Source: an uncultured Candidatus Saccharibacteria bacterium
Lineage (GTDB): Bacteria > Patescibacteriota > Dojkabacteria > B142 > OLB20
Reading direction: 5' to 3'
Length of the DNA stretch: 64,000 bases
NCBI GenBank assembly: GCA_964461915.1
Contig: CAYWVD010000001.1
Location: 156,671-220,670, forward strand
The notes under the pieces were generated by a model. It was not told where the DNA came from. It made no database searches and saw nothing but the letters and a program-made list of their open reading frames with translations. Both the position numbers and the translations under genes were made by a program. How positions within the stretch are numbered: position 1 is the first letter of the stretch; every line of letters starts with the position of its first letter. This document shows positions 29,205 through 37,070 of the stretch, piece after piece.

Positions 29205-29869
29205 TGGGATTATTCGGGTCATCTACAACACCAAGTACACAACAACATCTAGCGATTGAAGATATCAGGGACGATCTTGTAATCCTTAAAAATGGAATGA
29301 TTTCGTTAGTTCTCGAAGTAAATGCTTTGAATTTCGATTTGTTATCAGAGAAAGAGCAAGACATTAAAATCATGAGTTTTGCAGGTCTTTTAAATTCTTT
29401 GGAATTTCCTTTCCAAATCGTTATTCGTACAGAAAGAACAGATATTAGTACATATTTAGATAGATTAAGAATCTATAGAGAGAAACAAATATCCGATGCC
29501 CTAAAAAGACAAATAGATATTTATATGCAATTTATTCAGAATTTAACTGCGAATAAAGATATTCTTGATAAAACCTTTTATGTCGTAATTCCTGAGACAG
29601 GTAGTGTAGTCCAAAAAACTAGTAGTGTTAAACAATTTTTTGGCAAAAAAGAAAAGATTATTAATGTTAATTCAATTATGGACGAAATTAAGCCTAGGCT
29701 TTACCCTAAAAGAGATAATTTTATAAAACAATTTAAAAATATTGGTTTAACAGCATTTCAACTTGATAATGATCGACTCATCAAGCTTTATTATTCAATG
29801 TACGATCCAGATAAATTAGGAGTTTCTAAATTACAATTAAAAACAACACAATACACATCTAGTAAATAA
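29204..29869 (+). CDS. VirB4/TrsE/PrgJ N-terminal domain protein (separate ORF)
   Basis: HLAIEDIRDDLVILKNGMISLVLEVNALNFDLLSEKEQDIKIMSFAGLLNSLEFPFQIVIRTER matches the Gram-positive VirB4 N-domain. Stop overlaps the next start (TAATG). Confidence 0.55.
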   Translation: MGLFGSSTTPSTQQHLAIEDIRDDLVILKNGMISLVLEVNALNFDLLSEKEQDIKIMSFAGLLNSLEFPFQIVIRTERTDISTYLDRLRIYREKQISDALKRQIDIYMQFIQNLTANKDILDKTFYVVIPETGSVVQKTSSVKQFFGKKEKIINVNSIMDEIKPRLYPKRDNFIKQFKNIGLTAFQLDNDRLIKLYYSMYDPDKLGVSKLQLKTTQYTSSK

Positions 29870-31929
29870 TGAATATACTTGACGCAATATTAGGCAGAAA
29901 ACCAACTCAAAACGCCCCTCAAATTCAAGGACAAAAGTCTGTTGCCGATCATCAGACTAATCAATCACAAGTATCTAAAACAACTCCTGTAGCTTCAAAT
30001 AAAGCCGATGTCAAAGAAAATAAAAAAGAAAGCATTGGAATTAAACAAGTTTTAGAGGCTGTTATGGGTAAGCCAGAGGTAAAAGTAACGGAAGAAAAAA
30101 CTGAACAGCAATTAGAAGAAGAGGCTATTAAGAATTTTTCCGAAGGTATAGTTGATGTTAAAGATATCATTGCTCCGCCAGCTATTGAGATAGACTTTAA
30201 TAACATGCAAATAGGTAGTAAATATTTTAGGACCTTTTTTGCGACAGGATTCCCAACTTGGGTAGGCGCTAATTGGCTGTCCCCCCTTATAAATTTTGAA
30301 AAACCGATCACGATTTCAACTTTTTATTATCCAACAGATTCTGGACTTGTTTTACAGAGACTAAAAAGGAAGATAACTGAATTCCAAGCTACTTTGAACT
30401 TGGATTTAGAAGCAGGGAAACTTCCTGATCCAAATGTAAAGGTCGCATTAAGATCAGCGGAAGAACTTCAAGACCAGATTGCTTCTGGTAATCAAAAATT
30501 TTTTCACTTTGCTTTATATGTAACAATTCGTTCAACAAATCTAAAAGAGCTTGAGGAGATATCAAGAAATGTAGAATCAACCCTTTCAGCAATTGGAGTT
30601 ATTGTAAAAGTTGCTTCTCTTCAACAAGAGCAAGGCTTTATCTCAAGTCTGCCATTAGGATATGACAAAATCTATCTTAATAGGAATATGGACACAACTT
30701 CACTTGCGACTACATTCCCATTCGTATCTTCTGAGCTTACTATGGACGATGGAATTATGTATGGAATCAATAAGCATAATAAGAGTTTGATCATTTTTGA
30801 TAGATTTCAAATGCCTAACCCCAATATGGTAATTTTTGCCACATCTGGAGCAGGTAAATCATACTTCGTAAAACTCGAAGCTATGAGAAGTTTAATGCTT
30901 GGAACGCATATTCTTATTATTGATCCTGAAAAGGAATACGAAAAACTTACAAATGCGATTGGGGGAGAATATATTACATTCTCTCAAGATTCGAGAGCAA
31001 AATTAAATCCCTTCGAGCTGTCTGGAATTTTTGAAAAAGATGAGGATGAGCTTCGATTCAAGATACTTTTTCTTCAAGGTTTAATTAGAATCATGGTAGG
31101 GGGTTCTTTAACTCCAATCGAAACTGCTATACTTGATAGAGCCTTGATCCTTACTTATAAAGAAAAGGGCATTACTCCTGACCCATCAACGCAAAGACGA
31201 CCTCCACCACTACTGGAAGATCTTTATAAGATTTTAAATGCAATGGCAGAAGACGAAGCTCATTTACTTGCAAGTAAAATTGAAAGGTTTATAAAAGGTA
31301 GCGCAGCTGGAGTTTTCGATCAAGCCACAAATGTAAAAATTAACAATACATTTACTGCTTTTAGTATTAGGGATTTATCTGATGAACTTAGGCCTGTCGC
31401 AATGTATATCATGTTGGATTATATCTGGACGCTTGTTAAAAAAGATAAAAGACAAAGGATTCTAATTATTGACGAGGCTTGGTGGATGATGCAATATCCT
31501 GACGCTGCTCGTTTTGTGTATTCTATTGTAAAAAGATCTAGAAAATATGGACTAGGAGTAACCACAATCACACAGGATGTTAATGACTTTTTGAATTCTG
31601 ATTATGGAAAGGCTGTAGTTAATAACTCTTCGATCCAACTTCTACTAAAGCAAAATGCTGCTGCAGTCGATCAGATACAAAAAGTTTTCTATTTGTCTGA
31701 TGGAGAGAAAGATTATTTATTATCGGCTGGCATTGGAGAAGGTTTGTTTTTTGCTGATTATAATCATGTTGCTATTCAAGTTTTAGCTAGTGAAAATGAG
31801 CATAACCTTATAACAACAAACTTAAGAGAACTACTTGCGATGGAAACTAAGGCCAAAGATGAAGCTGCTGCGGTAAAAGATGTTAGACCTCAAAAAAGTG
31901 TAGTTAAGACGAATTTATCAGTAGAATAA
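29869..31929 (+). CDS. virB4: VirB4-like type IV secretion ATPase (ATPase domain)
   Basis: Walker A FATSGAGKSYF, Walker B ILIIDEAWWMM, and a C-terminal CagE/TrbE/VirB architecture. Confidence 0.8.
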   Translation: MNILDAILGRKPTQNAPQIQGQKSVADHQTNQSQVSKTTPVASNKADVKENKKESIGIKQVLEAVMGKPEVKVTEEKTEQQLEEEAIKNFSEGIVDVKDIIAPPAIEIDFNNMQIGSKYFRTFFATGFPTWVGANWLSPLINFEKPITISTFYYPTDSGLVLQRLKRKITEFQATLNLDLEAGKLPDPNVKVALRSAEELQDQIASGNQKFFHFALYVTIRSTNLKELEEISRNVESTLSAIGVIVKVASLQQEQGFISSLPLGYDKIYLNRNMDTTSLATTFPFVSSELTMDDGIMYGINKHNKSLIIFDRFQMPNPNMVIFATSGAGKSYFVKLEAMRSLMLGTHILIIDPEKEYEKLTNAIGGEYITFSQDSRAKLNPFELSGIFEKDEDELRFKILFLQGLIRIMVGGSLTPIETAILDRALILTYKEKGITPDPSTQRRPPPLLEDLYKILNAMAEDEAHLLASKIERFIKGSAAGVFDQATNVKINNTFTAFSIRDLSDELRPVAMYIMLDYIWTLVKKDKRQRILIIDEAWWMMQYPDAARFVYSIVKRSRKYGLGVTTITQDVNDFLNSDYGKAVVNNSSIQLLLKQNAAAVDQIQKVFYLSDGEKDYLLSAGIGEGLFFADYNHVAIQVLASENEHNLITTNLRELLAMETKAKDEAAAVKDVRPQKSVVKTNLSVE

Positions 31930-31934
31930 GATAT

Positions 31935-32507
31935 ATGGACCTATTTCAACAACAAATTTCAATAAATTTGAATAGCTTATTTTTTATTGCTTTGATATTA
32001 TTATCTTTAATATTACTAATAATTGTATTTTTTCAATTAAGAATTAAAAAGCTAACCATGGAAAACGAAAATAAAACCAATACAGGCTTTTTAGGGAAGT
32101 CTCTCTACGCTTTACTGGGTCTTTTTGTAATCGGCGCCGGAATTGTCTTTGCTGTTTTAGCTTTAAACAAACAAGAAATATTTAATATTGAAGCAAAAAG
32201 GACTGTTACCGCCGACATTTATACACAGGTTTTAATGGTCGATGGTGATCATTCCTATGTAGACTTTAAAGTTACCCCTAGTGTTGAGGGGGTAGTATGG
32301 GGTGAAACCGGTTCTGAATTTGAAATATATTGGTCCTTTGTAAAGATGGATGATTCTTCTGTAAATTATTCTTTTATTGAAAAATCAAAAGATATTAATA
32401 ATCGAAGTGGTCTTCAAGATTATTTCGAAAATGGTTCATACAATTTAAATGTAACTATCCTCTTCGAAGATGAATCATATACATTTACGAAAGTAGTTGA
32501 TTTCTAG
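31935..32507 (+). CDS. hypothetical two-TM membrane protein (last gene of T4SS-like operon)
   Basis: Two N-terminal TM helices and a beta-rich C-terminal region. No recognisable family. Confidence 0.3.
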   Translation: MDLFQQQISINLNSLFFIALILLSLILLIIVFFQLRIKKLTMENENKTNTGFLGKSLYALLGLFVIGAGIVFAVLALNKQEIFNIEAKRTVTADIYTQVLMVDGDHSYVDFKVTPSVEGVVWGETGSEFEIYWSFVKMDDSSVNYSFIEKSKDINNRSGLQDYFENGSYNLNVTILFEDESYTFTKVVDF

Positions 32508-32518
32508 TATAATTATCC

Positions 32519-32843
32519 CAACTGATCAAGATAGTAGCCCCTAAAATAATATTTATGGGGAGGAAAGTCCGGACTCTAAGCTAAGTAAAAATTAGCAAAA
32601 AGTACCATGGAAACATGGATAGGTGTGAGCTTATAGAACAGGGCCACAGAAAGCAAAATCCCAAGTCTAATCGATTTGGAGATTGTGAAAAGGTGGTGTA
32701 AAAGACCACCGGTTTCAACTGTAAAGTTGAAATGCTGGGTAACCCTTACTTTAGAGCAACTAGAAAGTCTCTAGGCATAGATAAATTACTATCTGAATCC
32801 AAAACTAATTGGAAGATACAGAATCTGGCTTATTGATCAGTTA
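32519..32843 (+). ncRNA. rnpB: RNase P RNA (bacterial type)
   Basis: P4 strands GGAGGAAAGTCCGG (32559-32572) and ACAGAATCTGGCTTA (32817-32831). P1 pairs AACTGATCAA with TTGATCAGTT. Internal ACAGAAAGCAAA and GGTGGTGTAAAAGACCACC (GGUAA-type P15/16 region). Confidence 0.85.
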
Positions 32844-32846
32844 AAA

Positions 32847-33548
32847 TTATTCTTCTCTGGTTCGAGATAATCCTTGGATCCTAAAAACGAAGTACAATAG
32901 TTGACCTAGTGACTGAAAAAGTCCAGCAACATAGGTAAGAGAAGCAGCTACAAGTACCGATTTTATCGCAGGCTTTTCAGATGGGAAGATCAATTGATTT
33001 CTCTCCAAAATTTTTATTGCTCTATCACTTGCATCAAATTCCAATGGGACTGTCACTAGTGCAAAAACAGTTGCAAGCGAAAAGAAAATAACACCTAACC
33101 ATGCTAGACTTGAGAATTCAAGTACGAACCCTATTATGAGTAAAATGTAACCAAAATTCGTGCCAAAATTAACAAGGGGTACTATTCCTGTCCTAATCCT
33201 GAACAAAAAATTATTCTTTTGATGTTGAACTATATGACCAAGTTCATGGGCGGTAATTGCTGTGGAAGTAATAGTGCGTCCGTGTGCGCTATCAATCGAT
33301 AAATTTAATGTGTGACTTGAAGGATCATATGATTCACTCAGCAAATCGGGTAGTAGATTAATTTGGAATTTTATATTTTCACTTCTGCCGATTTGTTCGG
33401 CAACTTCTATTCCAGTTAACTTCCTTTTAGTTTCGATTTGGTTATATTTTTTTACCGAATAATTTAAAAATAAAGTAGCACCTAATCCTAAAATCAATGC
33501 AGGAAGGGCGAAAAGAAGATATATCGGATCAAAAGTCGGGAAGAACAT
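32847..33548 (-). CDS. Zn_peptidase_2 family putative neutral zinc metallopeptidase (membrane)
   Basis: ITAHELGHIVQHQKNNFLFRIRTGIVPLVNFGTN (HExxH) and TLPVEFDASrRA-like VTVPLEFDASDRAIKIL. Confidence 0.8.
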   Translation of the reverse strand: MFFPTFDPIYLLFALPALILGLGATLFLNYSVKKYNQIETKRKLTGIEVAEQIGRSENIKFQINLLPDLLSESYDPSSHTLNLSIDSAHGRTITSTAITAHELGHIVQHQKNNFLFRIRTGIVPLVNFGTNFGYILLIIGFVLEFSSLAWLGVIFFSLATVFALVTVPLEFDASDRAIKILERNQLIFPSEKPAIKSVLVAASLTYVAGLFQSLGQLLYFVFRIQGLSRTREE

Positions 33549-33628
33549 ACAACAAAAAATACAAATTTTAGTTCAAAAATAGTATAGCATATTCAAATCT
33601 TTTAACGATTCGGCTATTATTTAATAAT

Positions 33629-34003
33629 ATGAATGTTTATAAACCTGGACAAATTAATATTGGGGAGAAAGGTCTCGAGAAACATCGGGACATGGCCATT
33701 GGAGCTGGAATGATAACTATGGGCTGGACTTTTTTAAGCTATGTTTGGGTATTCTCTACGGTATTACAACTTTTTGTATTCATACCGGCGCTTTTTTGCA
33801 TTTTAGGGATAATTCAGTACAGAAATAAGTTCAATATAATTTTTGGTTTAACTCAAAAATACAATGTGGACGATTCCCCAGAACCACACAATGTTTTGGA
33901 TAGTGTCTCAATTGATAAAGATCGTGAAAGGGCTGTGTTTTTATTATTGCTCTCAATTTTTTTGGCACTTTTATACAGTGTGATAATCATCCTGATTTTT
34001 TAA
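33629..34003 (+). CDS. hypothetical small membrane protein
   Basis: 124 aa with 3-4 hydrophobic helices. No family recognised. Confidence 0.3.
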   Translation: MNVYKPGQINIGEKGLEKHRDMAIGAGMITMGWTFLSYVWVFSTVLQLFVFIPALFCILGIIQYRNKFNIIFGLTQKYNVDDSPEPHNVLDSVSIDKDRERAVFLLLLSIFLALLYSVIIILIF

Positions 34004-34065
34004 TTTCCTTAAATCCCCAATAATCATTAGCATTTATTGCTGATATTACATATTAAAGAAACCTC

Positions 34066-34094
34066 TTGACAAAAAAATCCCTTTTGAGTTACAC
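34066..34094 (+). promoter_or_regulatory. sigma70-like promoter TTGACA-17-TACACT for hsp20
   Basis: TTGACA at 34066-34071. The -10-like hexamer lies immediately upstream of the CIRCE-like element. Confidence 0.3.
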
Positions 34095-34096
34095 TT

Positions 34097-34123
34097 TTAG
34101 CAGAAGAGTGGTTGGAGTGCTAA
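34097..34123 (+). promoter_or_regulatory. CIRCE-like inverted repeat (HrcA operator candidate)
   Basis: TTAGCAGAA-N9-GAGTGCTAA compared with the CIRCE consensus TTAGCACTC-N9-GAGTGCTAA. Right half-site perfect, left 6 of 9, spacing exact. Confidence 0.4.
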
Positions 34124-34161
34124 CTCTCTTCAAAATTATTTTATTTTTTATTTTTTTTAAA

Positions 34162-34584
34162 ATGAATGACAGAAGAATAACTCTAATGGATCCAACGAGA
34201 TTCTGGACAGCTAATTGGATGGACGATGTTATGAAAGATTTCGTTCCTGTTAGTACCGGCGAACTTGAAATGTACGAAGATGATGACAAAGTTGTTGTAA
34301 AAATAAAAGCGGCTGGCTTTACACCTGAACAAATCGAAATTAGTATCGAAGGTAAAGTTCTTACGATTACCGGTAAATATGAACTAGAAAAAGAAGAAGA
34401 GGATAAAAAGAGGAAATATTACTACAAAGAAATGCGAAACGAATCTTTTACAAAATCCATTAGTCTACCCACATCAGTTAAGTCTGATAAAGTAGAAGCA
34501 GAAATGAAAAATGGTATTTTAAAAGTTGTTTTACCTAAGGTTGAAGAAGTAAAACCTAAAAAAATTGCTATTTCAGTTAAATAA
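34162..34584 (+). CDS. Hsp20/alpha-crystallin family small heat-shock protein
   Basis: Alpha-crystallin domain DDDKVVVKIKAAGFTPEQIEISIEGKVLTITGK...AEMKNGILKVVLPK. ATG at 34162 chosen, since the track start at 34066 sits on the promoter/CIRCE. Confidence 0.8.
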   Translation: MNDRRITLMDPTRFWTANWMDDVMKDFVPVSTGELEMYEDDDKVVVKIKAAGFTPEQIEISIEGKVLTITGKYELEKEEEDKKRKYYYKEMRNESFTKSISLPTSVKSDKVEAEMKNGILKVVLPKVEEVKPKKIAISVK

Positions 34585-34610
34585 AATCAATTTAGTTAAT
34601 TAAAAGTTAA

Positions 34611-34651
34611 GATCTCGGGCTACTAAAAGTAGCCCGAGATTTTGTTTTATT
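34611..34651 (+). terminator. rho-independent terminator after hsp20
   Basis: ATCTCGGGCTACT-AAAA-GTAGCCCGAGAT perfect stem followed by TTTGTTTTATT. Confidence 0.7.
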
Positions 34652-34665
34652 GATATAATATTCTC

Positions 34666-35121
34666 ATGAGAGATGATGATTGGTTACAAGAACAACTTTA
34701 TGATATTTGGGAAAGCTATTTTGCTGATGTACCTCGATTAAATATTGTTTTGATTAAGTTTAGTAAAAAATCCAAACGACAATTAGGGGCTATTTCATGG
34801 CTTGGCAACAAAACCAAAAAAATTGAAAAGATGCTTGAAGTTGAAGGTCCTGCAGACGAATCTCGAGTCTCTTTAATAACTATTACATCCTTTTTTAAAG
34901 ATCCATTAATACCCGATTATGTTGTTTTAGGCACAATTGCTCATGAGTTATGTCATTATTCACATGGATTTAGTTCTCCATTGAATCAAATTTTTGAACA
35001 TCCTCATAAGGGCGGAGTAATTCGCAAAGAAATGCAAAAGAGGGGACTACTGGATCTTTATAAAACTTCAAAAAAATGGTTAAAAACCAATTGGCGCAAT
35101 TATCTAATTAAAGCGAGATAA
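34666..35121 (+). CDS. SprT/DUF45-like HExxH zinc metallopeptidase-domain protein
   Basis: YFADVPRLNIVLIKFSKKSKRQLGAIS... and AHELCHYSHGF (HExxH followed by His). Confidence 0.5.
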   Translation: MRDDDWLQEQLYDIWESYFADVPRLNIVLIKFSKKSKRQLGAISWLGNKTKKIEKMLEVEGPADESRVSLITITSFFKDPLIPDYVVLGTIAHELCHYSHGFSSPLNQIFEHPHKGGVIRKEMQKRGLLDLYKTSKKWLKTNWRNYLIKAR

Positions 35122-35881
35122 TATTTTTATAGCGTCTTAAAAACTGCATATTTGGATAAAACTCAACTACCGAAAATCTAGGATTCTTCTCTAATGATTC
35201 GTTTGAATAATGCATTTTTATAGGATGCTCTTTAGTCCCAAACACTATTTGCCTTTTATTGATTGGGATTGAATGAAAAGCAGTATCTTGAATGACGATT
35301 TCATGCCAGAGTTTATTTGCCTCTTCATTAGATCGAATTGTTTCAATTATTTTATTAAAATATTTATCATCGACCATAAAACCCATCCTATTTTTAACTC
35401 TAATAAGGATTTGCTGTAAATTACTTATAAATTCAGATCCCAAAAAACGATTGAATGAATTATCCCCAGAAATTAATAGTTCCGGCAGGGTCTTTAATTT
35501 TAGGGTTGAATTAAATTCGGTATCATTAATTCCAATAATTTGTTTATATGTTTTCGACATTTCAATAAGTCTAAATCTATCATCGATTAAAAGCGCCAAT
35601 ACTAAAGGTTTTTGGAAATAGTATTCAATTTCTTTTAAAGCTTCTAGAATTTCATTGTCATTGGCTGGATTAGCTGTAGAACCAACGAGATAATCAAGTT
35701 CGGCATTAGAGAGATTTAAAATCTCAGAAATTTTATAGATACTTTCCTTGGTGGGATTAGTTTTTCCGGATTCAAATCTACTAACACAACCAAAAGCAAG
35801 GTCGGTAGAAATTTCAATGTCCATCTGACTGATTCCTTTTGAATTCCTGAAATAGCGTAGTTTTTGTCCTAGATTTGCCAT
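35108..35881 (-). CDS. XRE-family helix-turn-helix transcriptional regulator with C-terminal sensor-like domain
   Basis: N-terminus LRYFRNSKGISQMDIEISTDLAFGCVSRFESGKTNPTKESIYKISEILNLS is an HTH_XRE fold. Confidence 0.6.
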   Translation of the reverse strand: MANLGQKLRYFRNSKGISQMDIEISTDLAFGCVSRFESGKTNPTKESIYKISEILNLSNAELDYLVGSTANPANDNEILEALKEIEYYFQKPLVLALLIDDRFRLIEMSKTYKQIIGINDTEFNSTLKLKTLPELLISGDNSFNRFLGSEFISNLQQILIRVKNRMGFMVDDKYFNKIIETIRSNEEANKLWHEIVIQDTAFHSIPINKRQIVFGTKEHPIKMHYSNESLEKNPRFSVVEFYPNMQFLRRYKNIISL

Positions 35882-35967
35882 AGTAGTTATTTATATATGG
35901 ATTATATTATATATCTAGCTTTTATCAAACTATCTATGGATAAATCTATGTATTTTAATACAAATGT

Positions 35968-36612
35968 TTAAATTTTCTCTCCACATTCTGCACAAAATTT
36001 CATACCGGGTTTTAAATCAGCAGAACATTTTGGACATTTTGTTTTGGGTTTTAAGTTGGTACCACATTCAGGACAAAATTTTGCATTTTTAGCTAAAGGT
36101 TTTTCGCAATTGGGACAAGAACCAATTATGCCTTCTCTCCAATATTCTGTACCTAATTTTTTGTCCTCTTCGGCCATAGCTGCATGTGCGTAAACTTCTT
36201 CAACAGATTTTTGAGATTGTGCTCTTGCCATTTCAACTCCTAAATCAGGAGAACATTCCTTACAAAGGCCTTTATTTGAGTTCCAACAGCGTTCTCTACA
36301 TATCCATTTATTGCAACTTGGGCATTGTATAAATTTGGGGGAAATTTCTTTTCCGGCATTTTCTAGAGCTTTTTCATGTGCTTGTTCCCATGTGGCTGAT
36401 TTAACATTCTGAGATATGTCAGATGCATTTGAAAATATTCCACCTAGGATTCCACTTGCGCTGTCTAAAATTTTTGAAACAGTTCCTGTAGCAGAAGTTT
36501 CAAATTTGCTTTTATATCCATTGCCACATCTATCGCAAAAGAATTCAAATTGAAAACCAGTATCGGTACTTTTATCTTCGTAATTTCTTGTGAATTTAAT
36601 TGGGTCTGACAT
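35968..36612 (-). CDS. multi-zinc-ribbon protein (hypothetical)
   Basis: Several CxxC pairs (CDRCG, CPSCNKWIC, CKEC, CPNCEK...CPECG, CPKC...CAECG). Confidence 0.4.
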   Translation of the reverse strand: MSDPIKFTRNYEDKSTDTGFQFEFFCDRCGNGYKSKFETSATGTVSKILDSASGILGGIFSNASDISQNVKSATWEQAHEKALENAGKEISPKFIQCPSCNKWICRERCWNSNKGLCKECSPDLGVEMARAQSQKSVEEVYAHAAMAEEDKKLGTEYWREGIIGSCPNCEKPLAKNAKFCPECGTNLKPKTKCPKCSADLKPGMKFCAECGEKI

Positions 36613-36646
36613 TTTTTAAATTTTTATAAATTAAAAATATATACAA

Positions 36647-37042
36647 TTATTTTGAACATTCATTGTTAAAGAATGCCCATTCTTCGCATTCTTTGCCATC
36701 TTCAAAAACACAATATCCAACTTCTCCTTGCAAATCTTTTCGGATCTCAATTTTACCACCATTTTCAATACAGTATTCAGATGCAGGATTAGCTATTTGA
36801 GATGTAGTTTGAGTGAAAATTTTGCCATCAGAAGTCACGCATTTAGGTGGGTAGCCTTCGATAACAGGGAAACCTTTTTCTACACACGCATCAAAAGATT
36901 TAATGTCGCTTTCGTTTTGGGTGTCTGTTTCGCCAGTAAATGGAAGATTTTTCATTGAAAAAAAAGAAGTTGCACTACCGACAATGACAATAATCAGGGC
37001 AAAAATACCAATTACGGTAAATAAGGTTTTTTTCTCCATCAT
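36647..37042 (-). CDS. secreted DUF333 (putative hemolysin-like) domain protein
   Basis: Signal/TM N-terminus. C-terminus ANPASEYCIENGGKIEI...GYCVFEDGKECEEWAFFNNEC matches DUF333 (NPAS.YC..GG...C.F.DG..CEEWA). Confidence 0.55.
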   Translation of the reverse strand: MMEKKTLFTVIGIFALIIVIVGSATSFFSMKNLPFTGETDTQNESDIKSFDACVEKGFPVIEGYPPKCVTSDGKIFTQTTSQIANPASEYCIENGGKIEIRKDLQGEVGYCVFEDGKECEEWAFFNNECSK

Positions 37043-37070
37043 TAGGATTTTAATATATAAATATATTACA

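Noticed and set aside
34066-34161. ORF-track start of the Hsp20 gene at 34066
   Set aside because: The extra 32 codons cover the TTGACA promoter element and the CIRCE-like operator and encode a non-conserved hydrophobic stretch. ATG 34162 (MNDRRITLMDPTRFW) is the plausible start.
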